Shown here piece by piece: positions 19,374 through 28,930 of a stretch of 64,000 bases of DNA (within the stretch, counting starts at the first letter, position 1; every line of letters starts with the position of its first letter). Under the pieces are notes generated by a model, which was not told the DNA's origin, searched no databases, and saw only the letters and a program-made list of their open reading frames with translations. The translations under genes were made by a program, and so were the position numbers. Source of the DNA: an uncultured Alphaproteobacteria bacterium (GTDB lineage: Bacteria; Pseudomonadota; Alphaproteobacteria; Rs-D84); NCBI GenBank assembly GCA_946188105.1, contig CAMHTQ010000001.1:85026-149025 (forward strand), written 5' to 3'.

Positions 19374-21176
19374 TTACTCTGCCTTTTTCTGTTTTTGTTT
19401 TGCTTTAAACTGCATATCGTACAGTGTTTTATAAGCACCGTTTTTATTCTTTATCAATTCTTCATGGGTTCCAGATTCAACAACTTGCCCATCATTGATA
19501 ACCAAAATATTATCTGCATTTTGAATTGTTGATAATCTGTGAGCAATAACAAACACAGTTTTATCTTTCATCAGGTTTTCAATTGCCTTTTGAACAACCG
19601 CCTCGGACTTGTTATCCAGCGCAGATGTTGCCTCGTCTAACACCAAAATTGGTGCATTTTTCAAAAATGCACGAGCAATCGCAACACGTTGCTTTTGTCC
19701 CCCAGACAATAACACACCACGTTCACCAATTTCTGAATCCAAACCATCAGGCAATGTTTTAATAACATCATCCAAACATGCCATTTTAACAGCTTTCAGT
19801 AATTCTTTTTCTGATGCCTTTTCATTACCCAACATAATGTTTTCACGTATAGTTCCGCTGAACAAGAAATTATCCTGGAACACAACACCAATATTGGCAC
19901 GCAAAGAATTTAATGTCATATCACGAACATCAACACCATCAATTAAAATTGCACCCGATGTTACATCATAAAATCTGGGCAACAAACTAACCACCGTAGA
20001 TTTACCACCACCAGAATTACCAACAAAGGCGATTGTTTCACCCTTTTTCACAGTAAAGTTAATATTTTTCAACACAGGAACATCTTTGACATATTCAAAA
20101 GAAACATCACGGTATTCAATCTTTTTGATGTTCGATTTCATTTTAACAGCACCCTTCTTTTCTGTAATTGCAGGCACCGCATCCAATATATCGAACACAC
20201 GTTCTATGGCCAAGAAAGACATCAACACAGAATTATATGTTCCACCAATCGATTTAATTGGGGTGTATAACATAATCAAAGCCGTCAAGAACGAAACAAA
20301 ACTACCCGCTGTAATAGAGCCATTTAAAATCAAATAAGATCCAAACCATATTGCCAATCCGATACCCACAGACAAAATAACATGCATAACTGGGGTCAAC
20401 CAACGTGTTCTTTTCATCATTTTCATACTTAAACTGAATGAATTATTTAACACCTTGTCAAATTTATCCCGTTGCTTTTCAGCCAAGTTATACGAGATAA
20501 TTGTTTTATTACCATTATATGTTTCATTATATTCGGTCAATAACTCAGAACTGACCTGAATACTTTTCTTAACGACATTTTTAATTTTTCTGCGAACAAC
20601 CGTCATTGGCAATAATGCAAAGAACATAATGGCCACACAAACCAATGCCAACTGCCAAGAATTATAAAACAACACCGCAATCAAAGATATTGCTGTGAAA
20701 AACTTTTGAACAAATGCCTTTACATTATTCAAAAGCCCCGCACATGCCATATCAGCATTACTGTTAAACATAAACAGAACTTCACCAGAATTTTTCTTGT
20801 TAAAGAATTCTGTTTCAAAAGTCAGCATCTTTCTATACAAATCCTTTTTCAACAGATTTGTAGTATTGGTTCCAACCCATGTATTTAAATAATCAGCAAT
20901 ATATTTCAAAACACCCTGAACCAATGTAAAACCAATAATCAATAATGGAATGTACCATGCTGTTTGCAGGTTTTTGTCTATCATAACGACATCCATGTAT
21001 GGTTTCAAAGCCAATGCAATAACCGCATCCAATGAACCAACTGGAATTGCGACCAATATCGCCAACAAACCACGCACCCAATATGGTTTTAAATATGGCC
21101 ATATACGTTTGTAATTTTTTACAAACATATTACGCAAAACTCTTTCACGTATTTCTTTACCCAATTTTTTAGCCAT
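19374..21176 (-). CDS. ABC transporter permease/ATPase, MsbA-like lipid exporter
   Basis: Six-TM N-domain; Walker A GNSGGGKST, ABC signature LSGGQKQRVAIARA, Walker B ILVLDEATSALD. Confidence 0.85.
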   Translation of the reverse strand: MAKKLGKEIRERVLRNMFVKNYKRIWPYLKPYWVRGLLAILVAIPVGSLDAVIALALKPYMDVVMIDKNLQTAWYIPLLIIGFTLVQGVLKYIADYLNTWVGTNTTNLLKKDLYRKMLTFETEFFNKKNSGEVLFMFNSNADMACAGLLNNVKAFVQKFFTAISLIAVLFYNSWQLALVCVAIMFFALLPMTVVRRKIKNVVKKSIQVSSELLTEYNETYNGNKTIISYNLAEKQRDKFDKVLNNSFSLSMKMMKRTRWLTPVMHVILSVGIGLAIWFGSYLILNGSITAGSFVSFLTALIMLYTPIKSIGGTYNSVLMSFLAIERVFDILDAVPAITEKKGAVKMKSNIKKIEYRDVSFEYVKDVPVLKNINFTVKKGETIAFVGNSGGGKSTVVSLLPRFYDVTSGAILIDGVDVRDMTLNSLRANIGVVFQDNFLFSGTIRENIMLGNEKASEKELLKAVKMACLDDVIKTLPDGLDSEIGERGVLLSGGQKQRVAIARAFLKNAPILVLDEATSALDNKSEAVVQKAIENLMKDKTVFVIAHRLSTIQNADNILVINDGQVVESGTHEELIKNKNGAYKTLYDMQFKAKQKQKKAE

Positions 21177-21191
21177 ATTATATTCCTTTTA

Positions 21192-22931
21192 TTATTCAGT
21201 AACAGGATCTGGTTGATAAATTTCAACATCTCGTGTCATTGAAATAAATTTTTCTGCGCGTTTCACAGGCAATTCATCTACTGGTATTTCACGCAAAGAT
21301 TCTAATGCCGTTGATACCGCATTGGCAACCAATTCCATTGTTGTCTGCCAATCATTATGTGCCCCACCCGCAGGTTCTGAAATAATACCATCAATAACAT
21401 TCAAATTAGCCATATCACGTGCAGTCAATTTCATAGCAGTTGCCGCAGTTGCTTTGAACTTGTTATCACGCCATAAAATAGAAGCACAAGATTCAGGTGC
21501 AATCACAGAATAAATTGCATTTTCCATCATCAATACTTTATCACCTGTTCCAATAGCAATTGCACCACCAGATCCACCCTGACCTACGTTCACAGCAACA
21601 TACGGGGTTTTTATTGCCAATCCGGTTGATATAGCATTTGCGACCGCCTGGGATTGTCCGCGTTCTTCACTGTCGCGTCCAGCATTTGCACCCGCAGTAT
21701 CAAACAAAGAAATCACAGGCAAATTAAATCTTTCTGCCAAACGCATCATACGAACAGCCTTGCGATAACCTTCGGGATTCGCCATACCAAAGCGATGTTT
21801 TTGACGCGTTTCAATTGTACGTCCAGATTCCTGACCAATAATAACAGCCGGAACCCCACGCCAAAATCCAATACCACTGCCCATAGCAGCATCTTCGCCA
21901 TAGCATCTGTCACCAGCCAAATAAGTCCAATCATCAACAATCCCAGCAACATAGTCCAAGAAATGTGGTCTGTTTTCATGACGAGCCAACAAAACCTTGT
22001 CGTATGCCTCGGACTCACCCAATCCACGAATTTTTTTATCTTTCTCTAATTTAGGTGTTTGTGCCTTGATAACCTTTGGTGTAATAGTTTGATGTGTCAG
22101 CACCCGTAAAATCCTTGCAACATTATCATGCAAATCAACACGACTTGAAACAATATCAACCATTCCATGTTCATACAAATAATCTGCAGTTTGGAAATTC
22201 GAAGGTAATTTTTCACGAATATTTTGTTCAATTACACGACGACCCGCGAAACCAATTCTGGATCCAGCCTCGGCAATATGAATATCGCCCAACATAGCAA
22301 ATGATGCGGTTACACCGCCAAATGTAGGATCCGTCAAAATCACAATATACGGAATTTTTTTATCATGCAATTTGTTCACAGCAACCGTTGTTCGTGCCAT
22401 CTGCATCAAAGACAAAATATTTTCTTGCATTCTGGCACCACCACTGGACGTAACCATAATAAACGGATTATTCAATTCAACCGCATGTTCGATTGCTGCA
22501 ATAATTCCATCACCAACAACACGCCCCATAGATCCCATCATAAAGAATCCATTTAAAACGCATATTGTTGCATCGATACCGCCAATTTTTCCATCAGCCG
22601 CAGATACCGCATCCATTTCTCCGGTTTCTTCACGGGCATCGGTTAAACGGTCTTTATAATTTTCACGATCAACGAAATCCAACGGATCGTCAGTACACAC
22701 AGGCAAATTTAATTTCTGCCAATTTGGGTCATCAAACAACAAATTGAATCTTTGTTTCGGAGACATGATAAAAACATGTCCACACCGTGGACAAACATAA
22801 TGATTATCCTTGTAATCACGATAATAAACCAACTTGCCACAAGATTCACATTTAATCCACATCAACTTGGGCACACGATCATACCGATTACGATCTTGGG
22901 TTTGAATTCCCTTTTTTGATTTAAAAAGCAT
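21192..22931 (-). CDS. accDA: Acetyl-CoA carboxylase carboxyltransferase, fused beta-alpha (AccD-AccA) polypeptide
   Basis: N-terminal AccD zinc ribbon CESCGKL...CPRCGHVF and beta-subunit core. From about residue 290 the sequence matches AccA (..LARHENRPHFLDYV...FNLPVISLFDTAGA..GQGGSGGA) with no intervening stop. Confidence 0.8.
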   Translation of the reverse strand: MLFKSKKGIQTQDRNRYDRVPKLMWIKCESCGKLVYYRDYKDNHYVCPRCGHVFIMSPKQRFNLLFDDPNWQKLNLPVCTDDPLDFVDRENYKDRLTDAREETGEMDAVSAADGKIGGIDATICVLNGFFMMGSMGRVVGDGIIAAIEHAVELNNPFIMVTSSGGARMQENILSLMQMARTTVAVNKLHDKKIPYIVILTDPTFGGVTASFAMLGDIHIAEAGSRIGFAGRRVIEQNIREKLPSNFQTADYLYEHGMVDIVSSRVDLHDNVARILRVLTHQTITPKVIKAQTPKLEKDKKIRGLGESEAYDKVLLARHENRPHFLDYVAGIVDDWTYLAGDRCYGEDAAMGSGIGFWRGVPAVIIGQESGRTIETRQKHRFGMANPEGYRKAVRMMRLAERFNLPVISLFDTAGANAGRDSEERGQSQAVANAISTGLAIKTPYVAVNVGQGGSGGAIAIGTGDKVLMMENAIYSVIAPESCASILWRDNKFKATAATAMKLTARDMANLNVIDGIISEPAGGAHNDWQTTMELVANAVSTALESLREIPVDELPVKRAEKFISMTRDVEIYQPDPVTE

Positions 22932-22936
22932 AATTA

Positions 22937-23215
22937 TTATCCGTTCATTTTTTTGGTTAATTCACGACTAGGTTTGAATAACACAGTCGTATTAGCCGCA
23001 ATTTCTTGTGGTTTACCAGTTGATGGGTTATAACCAATCTTTGGTGCACGCATACGTGGTTGGAAAGTACCGAACCCACGAATTTCAATACGATCACCCC
23101 TTGCAACCGCATCAATCATAGAATCAACAACTGTATCCAATATCGCAGCTGCATCCGCAGAACGCATATGTTTAAATTGAACCTGGATGGTTCTAATAAC
23201 GTCAGAACGTTTCAT
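22937..23215 (-). CDS. Integration host factor / HU-family DNA-binding protein (IHF subunit-like)
   Basis: MKRSDVIRTI...RIEIRGFGTFQPRMRAPKIGYNPSTGKP; HU/IHF fold with GFGTF arm motif. Start set at ATG 23215. Confidence 0.8.
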   Translation of the reverse strand: MKRSDVIRTIQVQFKHMRSADAAAILDTVVDSMIDAVARGDRIEIRGFGTFQPRMRAPKIGYNPSTGKPQEIAANTTVLFKPSRELTKKMNG

Positions 23216-23329
23216 AACATTAAATCCTTTTGTTATTACTACATAATTTAGCAATTTTCACAGATATATCAAGCATTTTTTACTGAAATTCAAATTGTAA
23301 AAAAGCCGTCTAATCTCAGACGGCAAAAT

Positions 23330-23899
23330 CTAATCCGTTGAATCCGATGTATCGTCTATCTCTTCATCATCAACATCAACTGCATTCAAATCGATTTCTT
23401 TTGGAACACCCAAAATATCTTCTATCTTTTCAGATGCAGCCTCGACATCCATTTTATGCAACACAGCAAATTCTTGTGCCATACGTTCCAAAGCACGCAA
23501 ATATAATTGACGTGCCGAGAAAGTCATAGTATCCGTTGGATTACGTCTTTGTAAATCACGTACAACCTCGGCCAATTTCATTGGATCCCCAGAATTGATG
23601 TTTTCTTCGTATTGTGCTGCACGTCTGGACCAAATCATACGTTTTGATCCCGCCTTGCCTTTTGCAGATGCAATCGCCTCGTCTAATTTACGAGCCGAAG
23701 ACAATGGACGCAAACCGGAAATTTCCGCACGTTCCAAAGGCACACGCAATGTCATGTGCGAAGCTTCAAATTCTATGACTAACAATTTTACAGGTTGGCC
23801 AGCAATAATTTGCTCTTCAACACGTTGTAATTTTCCCACACCCTGAGTTGGATATACAACATACTGACCTGTCTTAAAATCTAATTTTTTACTTGGCAT
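23330..23899 (-). CDS. cdnL: CarD/CdnL-family RNA-polymerase-binding transcription factor
   Basis: FKTGQYVVYPTQGVGKL (Tudor-like RNAP-interacting domain) plus C-terminal helical domain and acidic tail. The start could alternatively be ATG 23923. Confidence 0.72.
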   Translation of the reverse strand: MPSKKLDFKTGQYVVYPTQGVGKLQRVEEQIIAGQPVKLLVIEFEASHMTLRVPLERAEISGLRPLSSARKLDEAIASAKGKAGSKRMIWSRRAAQYEENINSGDPMKLAEVVRDLQRRNPTDTMTFSARQLYLRALERMAQEFAVLHKMDVEAASEKIEDILGVPKEIDLNAVDVDDEEIDDTSDSTD

Positions 23900-23992
23900 A
23901 CACAGACCCTTTACAGTTGCCATTCCCTCTCTGTTTCCCTTGATTATACCACATAAAAACTGAAAAAACAAATTTTTGTTTATTTTTTTAGT

Positions 23993-24424
23993 TTACTGAC
24001 CCATTCCAGCCGGCGAAAACCGTCCAATATTATTAAACAATTCTTGCAAAGCATTTAATTCTATTGCCGCTGGGATTTGTGTTTCATCATCATCCATGGC
24101 AATTTCAGGCAAATCTTCATCATGCAAGATTTGCGTTTTAACCACCTGATTCCCACGAACCCAAGCCAATAAAACCGTTTTATTATCGTATGTATGTGGC
24201 AACGGCCCACGATAATTTTCATCCAGTCCATAATAAATCCATACGGTATCCCCATAGACCGTTTTTGCCAGCGGATCGCCAATTTTATCTTGTAATTGGG
24301 CGGTCGTTTTAATATTCGCGACCCGTTCTTCTAAATCATCTGGAAAAACATACCCACGATGTTTCGTCTGAAAAGTGCATCCAGCCAATAACAAAATCAC
24401 AAAAAAACTCAGTATTTTTCTCAT
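23993..24424 (-). CDS. BamE (SmpA/OmlA)-like outer-membrane lipoprotein
   Basis: Lipoprotein signal MRKILSFFVILLLAGC and the SmpA/OmlA-like segment ..IKTTAQLQDKIGDPLAKTVYGDTVWIYY. Confidence 0.5.
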   Translation of the reverse strand: MRKILSFFVILLLAGCTFQTKHRGYVFPDDLEERVANIKTTAQLQDKIGDPLAKTVYGDTVWIYYGLDENYRGPLPHTYDNKTVLLAWVRGNQVVKTQILHDEDLPEIAMDDDETQIPAAIELNALQELFNNIGRFSPAGMGQ

Positions 24425-25329
24425 TTATATACTTCCTTAATTTTGGCCATTTCAGTGTTCATTGTGACGATATTTTGTATTCTTTGCAATACTTCTTTTT
24501 GATAATCTGTCGCATGCACCAATTTATCATAATCCATTTTTGCAACATTTGCCAAATTTTGTATCAAAGAATATTTGTCAGTATCATCAGCCCCATAACA
24601 TTTCAAGAATTCCACCGCCGCCTGCTGTTTTGTCAGGTTCAAATTCTTTTCTATGTTTTCAATAACCGCACGAATAAACAGATATGATGACATATAAGAT
24701 TTTTGAAATGAACACGTGCGATTTGGAACCACGTCACGAAAACTGGCACCTTTTAGCAACTCGTCTGCGGAATAAATATCAGTATTGACAAGTGCCATAG
24801 CATGTGCAGGACATTTTTTTTCATAATCCATCAAATACCATGGAACCATTTCCGCAAAACCTTCTTGGAACAACATATGCTTAAATGGATGAAATTGCCC
24901 TTGAATTAAATGTACATATTCGTGAATATGGTTAACACGTATTGCAACAGACGGTGTGCCATTCATGATAAATGTATTCTGGGTTGCACCGTATGCAGAA
25001 AACAATCCATCTTTATCAAAACATGCAACTGGCCGACCGCCACGGGAACGGTCATATGGATACATCAACAATTCTTTCAACCTGTCGTCTGGAACAAGGT
25101 ATGTATAAATAATTGGCTTTTTATCCATGGTATTATGCAATCCCAATGCCAATATTTCTTTTATATATGCTGTGTGTTCCGCGATTGCGTTGTTGTATAT
25201 TCCTTTGTCGTAATTATTTGCAATATCTGGCGACATACGAATGCGAAAATTATCGTTCACAATTCGTAACTCTGAATTTTTAAGATAATCTTGCAATGCT
25301 TCGTACATGTTATTTGTTTTCTTCCCCAT
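24421..25329 (-). CDS. Hypothetical protein with HExxH zinc-metallopeptidase-like motif
   Basis: HEYVHLIQGQFHPF. The ORF overlaps the PFOR 3' end by ~20 nt and the bamE-like start by 4 nt. Confidence 0.45.
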   Translation of the reverse strand: MGKKTNNMYEALQDYLKNSELRIVNDNFRIRMSPDIANNYDKGIYNNAIAEHTAYIKEILALGLHNTMDKKPIIYTYLVPDDRLKELLMYPYDRSRGGRPVACFDKDGLFSAYGATQNTFIMNGTPSVAIRVNHIHEYVHLIQGQFHPFKHMLFQEGFAEMVPWYLMDYEKKCPAHAMALVNTDIYSADELLKGASFRDVVPNRTCSFQKSYMSSYLFIRAVIENIEKNLNLTKQQAAVEFLKCYGADDTDKYSLIQNLANVAKMDYDKLVHATDYQKEVLQRIQNIVTMNTEMAKIKEVYK

Positions 25330-28300
25330 CGCCGTTTTTCATTGCAAAATGCGCAATATATTTTTTAAGGTCTGTTTTATATTTATTATTCGCAACCGCA
25401 CGTTCAATCAATTTATCAAAATTAGGGTTCGCACTGCGTGCCGCACCAAACCTACTTTCTGTTTTTATAAAATCTTGCAATGGCACCACATCATCAACAT
25501 TAGAATCTATTGTTAATGGATAATGGCCGTCTGCAATCAAACGTGGATCAAAACGATACAATGGCCATGCCCCAGTATTCACAACACTTTGTTGATGTTC
25601 TGGTCCATTTTGTAATGCAAACCCATGGGCAATACATGGTGCATATGCCAAAATCACAGATGGACCGTTGAAACTTTCTGCCTCTTGCAATGCACGAACC
25701 GCCTGAACCTGATTTGCACCCAATGCAATTTGTGCAACGTATGCACCCGACATCATGGCAATCATACCTAAATCTTTCTTGGCATGTTCTTTACCACCAA
25801 TTGCAAATTTCATAGATGCACCAAAAGGTGTTGCCTTGGACTGTTGTCCACCTGTATTTGAATATCCTTCGGTATCCAAAATCAAAATATTGACGTTTTC
25901 ACCACTGTGCAATACATGATCCAAACCACCATATCCAATATCGTATGCCCAACCATCACCACCGACAATCCACAACGATTTATCAACAACCGCATCCAAT
26001 AAACTTTCTGCTAATCTGGCACGTTCAGATTTATTTTTTGCCAAAACTTTACGCAACTTTTCTTGGTTTTCACGTTGTTTTGCAATATCTGATTCTGCAA
26101 ACATTTCATCAACCCCGTCAATTCCCAGTTCGCATAATAATCCATACAAATTATCACGTTTTTGATTTAATGCAACACGCATACCCAATCCATATTCAGC
26201 ATTATCTTCGAACAAAGAATTTGACCATGCCGGCCCACGACCATTTGCATCACATGTCCATGGAGTTGTTGGTAAATTCGCACCATAAATTGAAGAACAC
26301 CCAGTTGCATTCGCAACAATCATTCTGTCGCCAAATAAATGAGCCAACAATTTTACATACGGTGTTTCACCACATCCCGCACAAGCACCTGGGAATTCGA
26401 AATAATGAGGCAATAATTCAATATGCTTTGGAATATTTAAATTCAATTTTTCACGTGCAATATCAGGTATTTTTTGTGCCGCATCAAATTGTTTTTGTGT
26501 ATCTTTGACATCATCAGCATTCACCATAGCCAACGCATGCACCGGACAATTTTTCACACAAACAGAACACCCTGTACAATCAGCCGGAGAAATATTCAAA
26601 GTATAATACATATCTTTGCCAAATTCTGGTGTTTTCATTGGCACAACAATAACACCATCTTTGCGGGCTGCCTCGGCTTGTTTTTCGGTCATAACCTTGA
26701 TGCGAATCGCCGCATGTGGACACAACATAGAACATTTTCCACATTGGGCGCAAACCGACAAATCACAACTAGCAACTTTGGATGATATTCCACGTTTTTC
26801 ATATTTTGATGTTCCCACAGGATATTGCCCTGCTGCGAATTGACCATCCGGACGGAACCGTGATACAGGTATCGCATCACCACGACCAGCCGCCATTTCA
26901 CCCAATGTACCCGCAATTTCCGCAGGTGCATTTTCTGTCATCGCAGGAATAAATTCTGGTGCAAATCCAGACACCGATGAAGGCAATTTATATTCAGTTA
27001 AATGCTTTGACGCCATATCCACCGCAGCCCAATTTGCCTGAACGATATCCATACCCTTCTTTTTATATGTTTTTTCGATTGCCTCTTTTGCAGATTTTGC
27101 CGCAATTTCAGGATCAACAATTTTCATCAAATTGAAAAAGTTAATCATAATAAACGTATTTATACGATTACCCAATCCCAATTCCGCAGCCGCCGCATTT
27201 GCATCCAAGAAATAAACTTTTGCACGCAATCTAATCAATTGCTCTTGTGATTCTCGTGGCAAATTAGCAAATGCAACATCTGGTGCCAACGATGTATTTA
27301 TCATTACGATTCCACCAGCACGCAAACCATTAAACACATCAAATCTCTGTGCAATCATAAAATTAGACACCCCGATAAAATCAGCTGACTCTACCAAATA
27401 TTGACTTTTAATTGGATGTGATGAAAAACGAATATGCGATGCAGTAAGTCCACCAGATTTTTTAGAATCATAAACCGCATAAGATTGTGGATATAAATCT
27501 GAATTTTCGCCAACAATCTTTACAATATTTTTAACCGCACCAACTGTTCCATCCGAACCAATTCCATACAACACCGCGGTTTTGACATCCTTGTTTTCAA
27601 TTGCGAACATTTTATCCGTTTTCAAAGACAGTCCAGTTAAATCATCATCAATTCCAACGGTAAAGTTATGATGCAATGTTCCCATAATCATATTTTCGTA
27701 AATGGCCTTGACATCCCGTGGGGCAAATTCTTTACTGCCCAAACCATAACGACCACCAAACACAGAAATCTTTTTATCAATAATACTTGCAACATCTTGG
27801 TACAAAGGTTCGCCAATTGCACCTGGTTCTTTTGTTCTATCCAACACAGCAATTTGTTTTACCGTTTTTGGCAAAGCATTTAAAAATGCCTCGATTGGAA
27901 ATGGACGATATAAATGAACCTTTAACAATCCACATTTTTTAGGCATATATGGCAATGTTTCCTCGATAGTTTCACATGCACTGCCCATTGCGACAATAAC
28001 AAACTTAGCATCTTTATCACCAACATAATCAACCAAGTGATATGAACGACCCGTTGCCACAGCCAATTCATCCATACATTCTTGAACGATTTCAGGTATT
28101 TTTTGATACAAAGGATTTACCGCCTCGCGTCCTTGGAAATACACATCCGGATTTTGTGCAGTTCCACGCACAGTTGGATGTTCTGGGGACATACCTCTGG
28201 CACGATTTTCCAACACTAATTTTTCAGGAATCATTTTGCGTAACACTTCGTCATCTATTCTGTCCAATCTGGACTCTTCATGACTGGTTCTGAATCCATC

Positions 28301-28807
28301 AAAGAAATGCAAAAATGGAACGCGTGCACGCAATGTTGCCGCATGTGCAACCGCCGCCAAATCATGTGCCTGTTGAACATTATGGCTGGATAACATAGCA
28401 AACCCACATGAACGCACAGACATCACATCACTGTGATCGCCAAAAATAGATAACGCATGTGTTGCCAATGCACGTGCCGCGACATGCATAACAAATGGTG
28501 TTTGTTCCCCCGCAATTTTATACATATTAGGAATCATCAACAGCAAACCTTGGGATGCCGTAAATGTTGTTGCCAACGTCCCCATCTGCAATGCACCATG
28601 CATAGCCCCCGCAGCACCACCTTCGGATTCCATTTCAATAATTTGTGGAATTGCACCCCATATATTTTTCTTGTGCTGAAAAGACCATGCATCAGCCAAT
28701 TCGCCCATAGTACTGCTGGGGGTAATTGGATAAATAGCAGCAAAATCAACACAACGATATGCGACATCAGCCGCAGCCCAGTTTCCATCAACTATTAAAT
28801 TTCCCAT
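25310..28807 (-). CDS. nifJ: Pyruvate:ferredoxin (flavodoxin) oxidoreductase, single-polypeptide PFOR
   Basis: ~1165 aa. N-terminal GNLIVDGNWAAADVAYRCVDFAAIYPITPSS; two 4Fe-4S ferredoxin motifs CAQCGKCSMLCP and CTGCSVCVKNCP; TPP-binding GGDGWAYDIGYGGLDH. Start set at ATG 28807 with SD TAGGTGA. Confidence 0.9.
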   Translation of the reverse strand: MGNLIVDGNWAAADVAYRCVDFAAIYPITPSSTMGELADAWSFQHKKNIWGAIPQIIEMESEGGAAGAMHGALQMGTLATTFTASQGLLLMIPNMYKIAGEQTPFVMHVAARALATHALSIFGDHSDVMSVRSCGFAMLSSHNVQQAHDLAAVAHAATLRARVPFLHFFDGFRTSHEESRLDRIDDEVLRKMIPEKLVLENRARGMSPEHPTVRGTAQNPDVYFQGREAVNPLYQKIPEIVQECMDELAVATGRSYHLVDYVGDKDAKFVIVAMGSACETIEETLPYMPKKCGLLKVHLYRPFPIEAFLNALPKTVKQIAVLDRTKEPGAIGEPLYQDVASIIDKKISVFGGRYGLGSKEFAPRDVKAIYENMIMGTLHHNFTVGIDDDLTGLSLKTDKMFAIENKDVKTAVLYGIGSDGTVGAVKNIVKIVGENSDLYPQSYAVYDSKKSGGLTASHIRFSSHPIKSQYLVESADFIGVSNFMIAQRFDVFNGLRAGGIVMINTSLAPDVAFANLPRESQEQLIRLRAKVYFLDANAAAAELGLGNRINTFIMINFFNLMKIVDPEIAAKSAKEAIEKTYKKKGMDIVQANWAAVDMASKHLTEYKLPSSVSGFAPEFIPAMTENAPAEIAGTLGEMAAGRGDAIPVSRFRPDGQFAAGQYPVGTSKYEKRGISSKVASCDLSVCAQCGKCSMLCPHAAIRIKVMTEKQAEAARKDGVIVVPMKTPEFGKDMYYTLNISPADCTGCSVCVKNCPVHALAMVNADDVKDTQKQFDAAQKIPDIAREKLNLNIPKHIELLPHYFEFPGACAGCGETPYVKLLAHLFGDRMIVANATGCSSIYGANLPTTPWTCDANGRGPAWSNSLFEDNAEYGLGMRVALNQKRDNLYGLLCELGIDGVDEMFAESDIAKQRENQEKLRKVLAKNKSERARLAESLLDAVVDKSLWIVGGDGWAYDIGYGGLDHVLHSGENVNILILDTEGYSNTGGQQSKATPFGASMKFAIGGKEHAKKDLGMIAMMSGAYVAQIALGANQVQAVRALQEAESFNGPSVILAYAPCIAHGFALQNGPEHQQSVVNTGAWPLYRFDPRLIADGHYPLTIDSNVDDVVPLQDFIKTESRFGAARSANPNFDKLIERAVANNKYKTDLKKYIAHFAMKNGDGEENK

Positions 28808-28882
28808 TTGATTCACCTAACCTTATAATTTTATTAGTATATCATAGACACTTTTACCCCCCCATGCAAGCCCAAAACACAT

Positions 28883-28915
28883 AAAAAACAAACCGCCTTT
28901 CTTGGCGGTTTTTCG
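28883..28915. terminator. Terminator after ctpA
   Basis: AAACCGCC-TTTCTT-GGCGGTTT hairpin with flanking A/T runs. Confidence 0.6.
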
Positions 28916-28930
28916 ATAATTTCGTGTCAA

